Virus record (IMG/VR): IMGVR_UViG_3300044723_003027
Coordinates: 1-32,362 of that record
Strand: one strand, 5' to 3'
DNA: 32,362 nucleotides
Source: a virus
Taxonomy: Duplodnaviria; Caudoviricetes
The translations under genes and the position numbers were made by a program. Every line of letters begins with the position of its first letter. The stretch's first letter is position 1. Below the pieces are notes generated by a model. It did not search any database. It saw only the letters and a list, made by a program, of their open reading frames with translations, and was not told the DNA's origin. Shown one piece after another: positions 12,064 through 21,500 of this stretch.

Positions 12064-13952
12064 TGGAAAAACACATATACAACGCAATTGTTACAGGAGA
12101 GTGTGATCAACACGAATTTATTCATACTGGTCACGCTTGCGACTATGAGTGCATAGACGAATGTTCTATGTTTCCTGAGTTAATGGTTTTTAAATTGACT
12201 GAAGAAGAAGCTGCAGAGTTGTCTCAGTGTGAAGAAATAATAAGTTTGAATAAAGAAGAACCTATTCATCAATGTAGTACCTATCCTGATATTTTCCGAG
12301 AACAAAATTCTAATTTTATAACAAATACTGGTATTAATTTATCGGGTCAAGATGGGTCTAGTTTTGCTACAACATCATTTTATTATTTTTCTGATTCCAT
12401 TGAAAATCCAAACCCTGTAGGTAATTTTATTGATCCTCCCGAAAACGAAAACAATTATATTGGGGGACAGTCATATGATTATTGGAACGATGGCAAATAT
12501 GTTGACGTAGTGGCAGTTGAAGCCGGACAGCCTGATATATCATTAAGTGGTACAGTGACACATCCTGATTTTTTAAGTCATACTGGTACACAAAGATTTG
12601 TCCCTATGAATTGGTCAAATTATAATGCGTCTGTTGATGCTTTACAAAATAATCAAGCTACAGACGGAATTTATTTTGATCCTCATGCAATAGGTGTTCT
12701 AAGTACTTCTGGTGGATTAATTTCTGGTTGGTGTAAAAATTCTTCACTCAGAGTTATATATTTAAATTATGATCCTGTAGTTTCGGTCTATGGTGCTATT
12801 CTTGCCTGGCATAATAGTAAAAGTATAAACCCTGACACTGGGAAAAGAAACGCAACCGTTGTTACAGGTGCATGGGGATATAATAATAGTTCTATTAACT
12901 ATGCAGTTGAACCAGATGTTATAGATCAAATACAATGGTATGATGAAGCGGGAAATCTTACAGTTACTAATCGGCCCGGAAGCAGTTGGAACAACAATTT
13001 CACACCATTCATAGATGCCAATATAGTTCCTCGTTATATTAATGATGGAGGGGTCGCTTCTTGGATGATTCCATGGACAACTCAAGATAAAATATCAGAA
13101 TGGGAAGTGTTGGGAAACGCATGGTCTACAACTGAAGGCATTTACAACTTCATGTCGGCTGGTAATAGCGCGGCTGTTAAAGCTGGTTGGTACCAACCGC
13201 AATGGAACACGAGTGTTCGGTTAGAAGATCCTGGCGGAGGAACGGTTTCTGTAAAATCAATTTCCCAATCGTTTAATGGTTTTTTTAATATATCCAACAG
13301 TACGATATCAACATCCAACTTAATTTATCCTTTAAGAAACGGTAGAGATGGTGATACACGATGGTGTATAACAGTGGGTGCAACACAACATAGTGACACT
13401 AATCCATTATTAGATGGTTACTCTGAAAGAGGTCCGGTCATAGATATATCTGCAAATGGTACTAGAACATACAATGCTTATCCGCAGGTGTCAGATGGAA
13501 ATGGATTTTTTTGGGGATTTTTTGGGGGCACTAGTAATGCGGCTCCACAAACTGCGGGTATAGCAGGAGTTATCATAAGTTGGTGGTATACTAAGTACGG
13601 AAGATTTCCTACTTTATCGGAATTAAAAACCTTTATGTTAGAAGAAGCAAAACCAGTTTTGCAGAGCGATCGAACTTTAAATTATTCCAATTTAACTGGG
13701 GCTCCAATATCTTCTGAAAAACTTTATGCCGTCAATAAACCGAACGAATATAATGAAACAGAATTTTTTAACACTGGGTTCGAATTGACAGAGTTGTTTG
13801 GAACCACAAACAAAAGAGTATTTTTACCGTATAAAGTGCGTATGGATAGAATTGCACAGTACCATAATGATGTTCATGGAAAACTTTATGTTGATAGACC
13901 CGCGACTGGTCAAACCTATCCAAGAAGAAGAATTCGTTTAACGTCTTCATAA
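12063..13952 (+). CDS. S8 family subtilisin-like serine protease (629 aa)
   Basis: Motifs occur in subtilase order: VDVVAVE153AG (Asp site), DPH208AIGVLS (His), SAGN368 (oxyanion Asn), ITVGAT, YSERGPVIDISANG, GGTS491NAAPQTAG (Ser). The ATG overlaps the upstream stop (TAATG). Confidence 0.88.
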   Translation: MEKHIYNAIVTGECDQHEFIHTGHACDYECIDECSMFPELMVFKLTEEEAAELSQCEEIISLNKEEPIHQCSTYPDIFREQNSNFITNTGINLSGQDGSSFATTSFYYFSDSIENPNPVGNFIDPPENENNYIGGQSYDYWNDGKYVDVVAVEAGQPDISLSGTVTHPDFLSHTGTQRFVPMNWSNYNASVDALQNNQATDGIYFDPHAIGVLSTSGGLISGWCKNSSLRVIYLNYDPVVSVYGAILAWHNSKSINPDTGKRNATVVTGAWGYNNSSINYAVEPDVIDQIQWYDEAGNLTVTNRPGSSWNNNFTPFIDANIVPRYINDGGVASWMIPWTTQDKISEWEVLGNAWSTTEGIYNFMSAGNSAAVKAGWYQPQWNTSVRLEDPGGGTVSVKSISQSFNGFFNISNSTISTSNLIYPLRNGRDGDTRWCITVGATQHSDTNPLLDGYSERGPVIDISANGTRTYNAYPQVSDGNGFFWGFFGGTSNAAPQTAGIAGVIISWWYTKYGRFPTLSELKTFMLEEAKPVLQSDRTLNYSNLTGAPISSEKLYAVNKPNEYNETEFFNTGFELTELFGTTNKRVFLPYKVRMDRIAQYHNDVHGKLYVDRPATGQTYPRRRIRLTSS

Positions 13953-13955
13953 TCT

Positions 13956-13963
13956 TATAAATA
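13956..13963 (+). promoter_or_regulatory. T4-type late promoter (gp55 sigma) upstream of gp13
   Basis: Exact TATAAATA in the intergenic gap, then GGAG (13975-13978) and ATG at 13986. Confidence 0.85.
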
Positions 13964-13985
13964 AACAATAAACTGGAGATATTTA

Positions 13986-14747
13986 ATGGCATCACCCACA
14001 ACGAGGCAAGAACTTATTGATTTTTGTCTTCGCAGATTAGGATCACCTGTCCTCGAAATAAACGTGGATGATGATCAAATTGAAGATAAGGTTGATGATG
14101 CGTTGCAATTATATCAAGAGTATCATTCAGATGCAACTTTTCGAACGTATTTGAAACATCAGGTCACCCAGATAGATGTTGACAATGAGTATATTTCTAT
14201 ACCGGATACTGTATTATATGTAACTAAGGTTTTTCCTTTCAGTAAAACTTTTTCCGGCATTAATATGTTTGACATTCGTTATCAGATGATGTTGAACAGT
14301 ATGGGCGACTTCATGAATTTTGCTGGCGGTATGTCATATTACTATCAGTTGCAGCAATATCTAGAGTTTCTTGACGAGTTATTAGAAGGGGAACCTAGAG
14401 TAACCTATTCACGACACCAAGATCGATTGTATATATTTGGTGATTGGGCTCCTAATGTGATAAACAACCTTGAGGTTGGCGATTATATTGTATTTGAAGT
14501 TTTGTCTCTTGTAGATCCTGATACTTTTGGCAGTGTGTATAACGACAAATTTTTAAAAGATTACACCACACAGTTGATTAAACAACAGTGGGGAACTAAC
14601 ATGTCTAAGTTTGAGGGCATGCAATTACCAGGTGGGGTAACACTCAATGGTGCTCAATACTATCAGGATGCAACAGCAGAATTGGAACGTCTAGAAGAAA
14701 AAATGAGAAACGAAAATGAATTTCCGCCTGATTTTTTCATGGGATAA
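13986..14747 (+). CDS. gp13: Neck protein, T4 gp13-like
   Basis: N-terminus RQELIDFCLRRLGSPVLEINVDDDQIED and C-terminus KQQWGTNMSKFEGMQLPGGVTLNG...PPDFFMG are typical of gp13; synteny with gp14 and gp15. Confidence 0.95.
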   Translation: MASPTTRQELIDFCLRRLGSPVLEINVDDDQIEDKVDDALQLYQEYHSDATFRTYLKHQVTQIDVDNEYISIPDTVLYVTKVFPFSKTFSGINMFDIRYQMMLNSMGDFMNFAGGMSYYYQLQQYLEFLDELLEGEPRVTYSRHQDRLYIFGDWAPNVINNLEVGDYIVFEVLSLVDPDTFGSVYNDKFLKDYTTQLIKQQWGTNMSKFEGMQLPGGVTLNGAQYYQDATAELERLEEKMRNENEFPPDFFMG

Positions 14748-14750
14748 TGA

Positions 14751-15647
14751 ATGACTACTAATCTCTACTTTAGCCAAGGAAGATCTTCCGAACAAGAATT
14801 ATATGAAGACTTAATTATTGAGTCTCTTAAAATTTACGGACAAGATGTTTATTACATGCCTAGAGAAATTGTCAACAAGGATTCTATATTCCAAGATGAC
14901 AATGTGTCTCGTTTCGATGATGCATATAAAATAGAAATGTATATAGAAAACACTGAAGGGTTTGATGGCGAAGGCGATCTTTTTACTAAATTCGGTGTAG
15001 AAATACGAGATGCGGCCACGTTTATTGTATCACGCAGACGATGGTTAAATCAAGTGGCAGTTTACGAATCATCAGAAAATAAACCATTTTATCGTCCACG
15101 TGAAGGAGATTTGATTTCTCTTCCACTCTCAAATTCAATATTTGAAATAACAAGGGTTGAAGACGAATCACCTTTCTATCAATTAAAAGATCTTCCTGTG
15201 TTTAAGATTAGAGCCGAGTTGTTTGAATATAACGACGAAGACTTTGATACAGGCGTTGAAAGTGTTGATAATGTTGAAGGCGCTCACGCATATCAAACTA
15301 TATTAACGTTTTCTTCGACAAGTGGAGACTTTGTTTTTAACGAAAACGTTTCACAGACGATAGGCGACTACACTATAACCGGCGAGGTTGTTAACATAAA
15401 TAATTCAGATCCAGAATCTAAAAAAATATATGTTGCACATACTGGGGGCGCTGGAGATGGTGAATATCATGGTTGGACAACCACAGCTCCGGTTGTTGGC
15501 GCAACTTCTGGTGCAAACGGCACTCCTATTTCTGTGGGTGAGGATTTGCAAGACGGGGCAATGAACGACTCTTTTAACACCACATTAGAAGGCGGGGATA
15601 TTGACTTCATTGACTTTTCTGAATCTAATCCCTTTGGAGACCCATAA
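14751..15647 (+). CDS. gp14: Neck protein, T4 gp14-like
   Basis: SEQELYEDLIIESLKIYGQDVYYMPRE, EGFDGEGDLFTKFG, RPREGDLI, C-terminal DFSESNPFG; synteny. Confidence 0.95.
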   Translation: MTTNLYFSQGRSSEQELYEDLIIESLKIYGQDVYYMPREIVNKDSIFQDDNVSRFDDAYKIEMYIENTEGFDGEGDLFTKFGVEIRDAATFIVSRRRWLNQVAVYESSENKPFYRPREGDLISLPLSNSIFEITRVEDESPFYQLKDLPVFKIRAELFEYNDEDFDTGVESVDNVEGAHAYQTILTFSSTSGDFVFNENVSQTIGDYTITGEVVNINNSDPESKKIYVAHTGGAGDGEYHGWTTTAPVVGATSGANGTPISVGEDLQDGAMNDSFNTTLEGGDIDFIDFSESNPFGDP

Positions 15648-16933
15648 TGTTTGGTGATCATTTTTACCATCAAAGGATAAGGAAAGCGGTTGCCGTCTTT
15701 GGTTCGTTGTTCAACAACATTAACATTGTGAGAACTGATTCAGCTGGTAATACTTTATCTCAACAGAAAGTGCCTTTATCATATGCACCCAAAAGAGATT
15801 TTTTATCTCGTATAGATTCTATGCGAGACGGAGAAGATTACGAACGTCAAGTTGCATTAAAATTGCCTAGAATATCTTTTGAAATATTAGCAATGAACTA
15901 TGATGCAACAAGACAATTACCCAAAATGAATAATTGTCTCTCGTTTCCTACAAACTATAATGGCGGGGCTACAAAAGTATATACACCAGTTCCATATACC
16001 ATATCTTTTCAATTAAATGCATATGCAAAATCACAAGACGATGCGTTGCAAATTGTTGAACAAATTTTACCATATTTTACACCACACTATACTGTGACGG
16101 TAAAACCTTTAAGTGATCATGATATTAAAGAAGATACACCGATTACTATGACTGGTATTACCTTTTCAGATGATTATGAAGCACCATTAGAAAATCGCAG
16201 GACCATTATTTACACTTTAGATTTTGATATGAAAATTAATCTCTATAAAGATATTGCAAACAACACGTCTATTATTGAAGAGGCTTGTGTAGATTTTCTT
16301 AATCTTAATGCGTCTCCGGAAGAAGAATTGTTCTCTAAAGTTTGTGCTGACAGTGCGTTTGTAGCATCACCACTTTCTATTGATGCGGTAGAAGAAATCA
16401 CATACACGGTTAATGATTTTGAAATAAGAAATCTTTCTGGTGTACCAACATCATTATCAGTATCAGATCCTTTACACGGAACAGCGACAACATCTCTAAC
16501 ACAAACATTGACAACGGAAGAAGGTATCATTAAAGCCATAGGAACATACACATATACTTCTGATAATGATTATAGTGGATTAGACTCATTTAATATTAGT
16601 GTATTAGGTGATTTTGGAACAAAATATTATCCAATTGCAGTTGATGTTGCAGCGGTATCAGATGCTATAAATGATACCGTGGCAGTCACTCAGGACACGC
16701 CTGAGACGTTTAATGTTAATACTAATGACCTATGGACCAACACTACACTAGTATTTTCTTTAGCCGCAGGTGGTGACCCAAGTAACGGTACAGTTGAGGT
16801 TTTAAATTCTGCAACTGGTGAATTTAGGTATACACCAAACTTAAGTTATACTGGACCAGATTCGTTCGTCTATAGAGTTACTCCTGCAGTAGGAACTTCA
16901 GAAGTAGCAACTGTTAACATAACTGTGTTATAA
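15647..16933 (+). CDS. gp15: Tail sheath stabiliser/terminator, T4 gp15-like, with C-terminal tandem Ig-like (Big_9/cadherin-like) domains
   Basis: FYHQRIRKAVAVFGSLFNNI, KVPLSYAPK, LPRISFE, DDALQIVEQILPYFTP, RRTIIYTLDF match gp15. An extra ~190 aa carries two PxHG/NGT...YT...Y.GxDSF units. TAATG coupling to gp14. Confidence 0.93.
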   Translation: MFGDHFYHQRIRKAVAVFGSLFNNINIVRTDSAGNTLSQQKVPLSYAPKRDFLSRIDSMRDGEDYERQVALKLPRISFEILAMNYDATRQLPKMNNCLSFPTNYNGGATKVYTPVPYTISFQLNAYAKSQDDALQIVEQILPYFTPHYTVTVKPLSDHDIKEDTPITMTGITFSDDYEAPLENRRTIIYTLDFDMKINLYKDIANNTSIIEEACVDFLNLNASPEEELFSKVCADSAFVASPLSIDAVEEITYTVNDFEIRNLSGVPTSLSVSDPLHGTATTSLTQTLTTEEGIIKAIGTYTYTSDNDYSGLDSFNISVLGDFGTKYYPIAVDVAAVSDAINDTVAVTQDTPETFNVNTNDLWTNTTLVFSLAAGGDPSNGTVEVLNSATGEFRYTPNLSYTGPDSFVYRVTPAVGTSEVATVNITVL

Positions 16934-16936
16934 ACA

Positions 16937-16944
16937 CATAAATA
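16937..16944 (+). promoter_or_regulatory. Probable T4-type late promoter variant
   Basis: CATAAATA (one mismatch to TATAAATA) in the 39-nt gap before ATG 16973. Confidence 0.6.
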
Positions 16945-16972
16945 AAACTAAGAAATTCGAGATCAGAATATC

Positions 16973-18580
16973 ATGGCAGATATAAAAGTTTCACAATTAA
17001 CATTATTTTCACCAACATTAACCGATGAGGTTATTGTCAATGATGTAGATACTTTAACAACAAAAAGATCTACATTAGAGAGTATTCGTAATCTTGCGAA
17101 TATTAACATTGATGATACTTCAGAAGGATCTTTGGTAACTGGTAAACTTGAAACCTCTACAGACCTTTTATTTAATGGGGCTTTAGAAGATAGGTATGGA
17201 AATACTGTAACAGACCTTTCAGAGTTAACAAGCACTGAAGCTGAAACTATCGACGCAAAGTTGGGCACTGCAGCGGTTAACTATTTAATATTCAGAGAAA
17301 CAGTATCTGGATATGATAGTTCTAATACATTTTCAACTCTTACGTTTGACGCTTCCGAAAATGGTTTATTATCTTCTAATGCCTTTGCTGGAGATGGAAA
17401 ATTAGTTACTAATGTTGATAGCGCAAGACATTCTCTACTGTCTGATCTTGCAACGTTAGCCGAAACCGCAAATGTTGCAAAAGAAGTCTCTATAAAAAAT
17501 CAGGATACCATCAATTTAAGTTTTTATCCGACTTTTGTCGAATCATCTACGGGTAATGATAGTGTTAGTATAGACCCACAACTATCATATAATCCATTTA
17601 CTGGCCAGTTTGGTGGTGATGCTACAGAAGTTTTCTTTGTTGGAGATGGTTCTTTATTAGAAAATGTTTCGGGTGATGGTAAAGAAATAAGAGCATCCCT
17701 AACAGATTCGGACGATACGTTTAAAGTTATGTTTCGAATGCTTGACGCAGGGTTAGACAGTACTAACATAGATACTGCGTTCACCTATAACCCAGCTACT
17801 AATAGAATATCCGGAACCACAGAAACCGAACTGTTTTTGTATGGTGGTTCTCAATGGACCAATAAGACATATTCAAATGAAAGAGAACCGATTCATGTTA
17901 AAGAATATGTCACATTTAAAGGTAGCACAACTGGATTGGACAGCGTTGCTACTATTGAATCATTTTTCATTGAAAACGGAACCGTTACTGCAGCTGCATT
18001 TGCCGGTGATGGTACACTGATAGAAAATGTAAATGCCGCTACTGCACTTACAACTACTAATGTTAACGTTATTGCAACAAGTGATCCTAGTACTCACTAC
18101 TTACATTTTGGTAGTGTTTCTGGATCTGCGGCCGATGGTGTCAACGCAAATGCTAATTTAAGACTAAACCCTTCAACGTTAAAAATAAACACTGTTAGTG
18201 ATACTGGTTCTATGTATTTTGGTGCTGATAGTGATGTTGGTATATCATTATCTGGAGTGCAATATGCATTTCAAGTGGTAAACAACGGATCATCATTTTA
18301 TACTTTCACAGACACAAATAGTGTATGGTTTCCCAGTGGAGAAGATAATCCTACATTATATCTTCGAAGAGGCGATACGTATCGATTTGATATAACTACT
18401 ACAAACCATCCTTTTGAAATACGATTGTCTAATGGTGGGGCTGCGTATACTACTGGTGTTGTTAATAACGGCGTGGCCGTTGGTTATACGTACTTTAGTG
18501 TACCCATGAGTGCGCCTTCATCACTTTATTATCAATGTACAATTCACTCAGGAATGGGTGGAGTGATCAACGTAGTATAA
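16973..18580 (+). CDS. Putative tail fibre/virion structural protein with internal repeats and C-terminal cupredoxin (plastocyanin-like) domain
   Basis: About five degenerate repeats (Y.TF...G.DS...L.YNP...F.GDG.L..NV). C-terminus NPTLYLRRGDTYRF..NHPF..APSSLYYQCTIHSGMGGVI. Confidence 0.75.
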   Translation: MADIKVSQLTLFSPTLTDEVIVNDVDTLTTKRSTLESIRNLANINIDDTSEGSLVTGKLETSTDLLFNGALEDRYGNTVTDLSELTSTEAETIDAKLGTAAVNYLIFRETVSGYDSSNTFSTLTFDASENGLLSSNAFAGDGKLVTNVDSARHSLLSDLATLAETANVAKEVSIKNQDTINLSFYPTFVESSTGNDSVSIDPQLSYNPFTGQFGGDATEVFFVGDGSLLENVSGDGKEIRASLTDSDDTFKVMFRMLDAGLDSTNIDTAFTYNPATNRISGTTETELFLYGGSQWTNKTYSNEREPIHVKEYVTFKGSTTGLDSVATIESFFIENGTVTAAAFAGDGTLIENVNAATALTTTNVNVIATSDPSTHYLHFGSVSGSAADGVNANANLRLNPSTLKINTVSDTGSMYFGADSDVGISLSGVQYAFQVVNNGSSFYTFTDTNSVWFPSGEDNPTLYLRRGDTYRFDITTTNHPFEIRLSNGGAAYTTGVVNNGVAVGYTYFSVPMSAPSSLYYQCTIHSGMGGVINVV

Positions 18581-18583
18581 AAT

Positions 18584-21500
18584 ATGCACAACAGGACTGT
18601 CGATAAAAAACGCAGAAATATAAATCTGCGAGAGATGCAAGTGGAAAATGTTCTGCCCGAACATTTTGCAACTTACTATCCAAAATTTATCTCACTGTTG
18701 AAACGTTATTATGAGTTCCAAGACCAGAACAATTCAACTGAATTGTTGAATCATCTTTTTGCTACTAGGGATGTCAACGAAACCGACATTACTTTGTTGA
18801 ATTATATTGAAGATGAATTACTTTTGGGGGAAACATATTTTGAAGGGTTTGGTGATAAAGAAAACAATCCGGAAGAATTACGAGCTGCAGCCAATTTTTC
18901 AAGCATCATGTTTCGTTCTAAAGGAACCAAGTTTGCCATAGAATGGTTTTTTCGATCCTTTTATGGTGAAGACGTTGAGGTTTTGTATCCCAAAGAAAAC
19001 ATTTTTAAAGTCGGCGAAGTCGACTCTCAGATAGGATCTGATTCTTTAAAATATATCACAGACGATAAACTCTACCAGACATTTGCACTATTGGTTCGAA
19101 CCGGAATTTCTATAACTAAATGGAAGGATGTTTTTAAACTATTTGCACACCCAGCTGGAATGTATTTAAGTGGAGAAGTAATAATTTCTGACGTTGTTAG
19201 TTCTCCGGTCACACTTACAAACGATTCTATCATTACATATGAAAATATTGCTTATAATTTTTCCGCAACAACAACAGTGAGTGAAGGCGTGCAGTATTCT
19301 TTTACAGTTAACACAACCGACACTAGGACATATAACACATATGATGCTGTATATTGGTATGGTGTGCATGGCACAACTGAAGATGCAGACTTTGGAGTTA
19401 ACTTTAAAAACGGAGACACCGGGCTTCCATCTTTAGAAACTGCACAATATGTTGAAATAGAAAATGGAGTTGGTTCCTTTACAATAAACACTGTAATAGA
19501 TCCTATAGATAATCCTCCAGAATCACAAGAACAGTTTACAGTTGTAGTTATAGACCGTAGCGGCCGAACAATCGCAACAATACCTTGTAATCTAAATGAT
19601 GTTGTTCCGAACTGGACAGTCAACACAACTCCATCGATTATTGCACCTGAAGGAACCACCTTTGTGTTTACGATTGGTGGAACAAATTTACCATATGGGG
19701 GAGAAACTACTCTTAGGTGGTATTTGGATGGTTCTAGTCAAGCGACTGATGCGGATTTCGAAGGAACAATCCCAACAACATCCGGTGAAGCAGAAGAAAT
19801 CATAATTACCGGCGGGACAGGTTCCTTTAGTATTAAATCGTTAGTTGATGGTTCCGCTGATAGTGGTGATGAAACAGCGGTATTTAATATTATCAACGAA
19901 AATAATGTAGTGGTTGCATCAGAGACCATAACATTACAAGATGTTATTCCTTCAATAGTTGTTACGGTCGATGATGTTGTGGAAGGAACATCAATTCAGG
20001 CCAACGTGGTTATTGGTACTTATGCTGAGGGAGACACTTTAAGTTGGACTATAACGGGTGATGCTTCATCAGACAGTAGAGTTTCAAACAACAGTGGAAC
20101 AGCAACATACGCACATAACAGTGGTTCTGGTATAACAATAACTGTGCCAACTTCTGCACTTTCAACATTCCAAGGTATAACTGCTGGGAATTTTGAGGTT
20201 GTTGATGACAGTATGATATCTTCTCCAACTGGTACTGACCCATTTAATATTGTAGATGAGGATCCTGTATACACGTTGTCAGCATCACCAGCTGGAGCAG
20301 GATCTAACGATACCGTAACATTTACAATTGGTGGAACCAATATTGACCCTGCACAAGATTACTATTTTTATGTAACTTTAGGTGACGGTAATGCAACCGA
20401 TTTTGTCGATTCCCCATTACCAGAATCTGGCACGAGAAGATTAATAAGTGCTCCAGGCACATCTACCACATTAACTTACGCAACTTTGCCTGCAGATAGG
20501 TTTTATGAAGCCTTAATTAGTGAAACTATTAACGGAGCTCCAGTAGCAGACATATACATGGAAGCTTTATTGACTACGACATCGGTAACTCCAAGTGCTA
20601 CAAATATTAATGAAGGTGATACCATCACGTTCACAATCTCAAATGCACCTGACGGTGATTGTAAATACTGGTTTACTGGTGATGTTAGTGCAAACGATTT
20701 TACCAGTATTACGACGAATTTGGGTAACACTGGAGGGTTTGCGGATATCAATTCACCCGCAAACGTTACTGTAACTGGAGGCGCAGCAACTATTACTGCG
20801 GTATTGAATAATGATATTGTTAGAGAAGGGGTTGAAACATTCACTTTAGTCGTGGGTTCTCCCGCTGTAACTCCAACATTCCAAACATCTGCGATTGCAG
20901 AAACAACAACAATTACCGTTAATGATACTTCTGCAGCTACATATAGTGTGGCAAATTACACTGATGATGTGTCCGAAGTTGTTGCAACAAGTGTAAACGA
21001 AGGTGACAATTTGTATATCGGAGTTACGATTAGTAACCAACAGCCGGTCGAAAACTTGTTCATTGAACTGACTGGGCCCGGAGCTGCTTATTATACTAAT
21101 TCAACTGAAGTTGATACGAGTGTGCCGGGAGGAACATCTTATGCTGTTATTGGTGCATTGGCGGATAACAGTGTTCTTGACGGACCTAGAGATGTTAACA
21201 TTGGTGTCTATGTAAATGGTTATAGTGGATCTGGTGGAACTTTAGTAGCATCAACAACTGTAACGCTGAATGATAATTCCGTTACCACATCACTAACTGC
21301 GGTCAATCCAACGCCAGACCCAATTGAAAATGGTAGTACCATAACATTTGATGTTGATGTGACTAACATGGTATTACCCAATACTGTCGAAATTCGTTTG
21401 GCAGATTTCGAAACGGTTCAATGCGATCTAACGGTAGGCAATTCGATTATTTCGGCTTATGAAGACCCAATTAGTGCAGGAATTGAAATAGGTCAAGCCG

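Noticed and set aside
18576-18584. TATAAAATA as a late promoter for the 1244-aa gene
   Set aside because: It has an extra A relative to the consensus, overlaps a stop codon and is too close to the ATG to give a leader.
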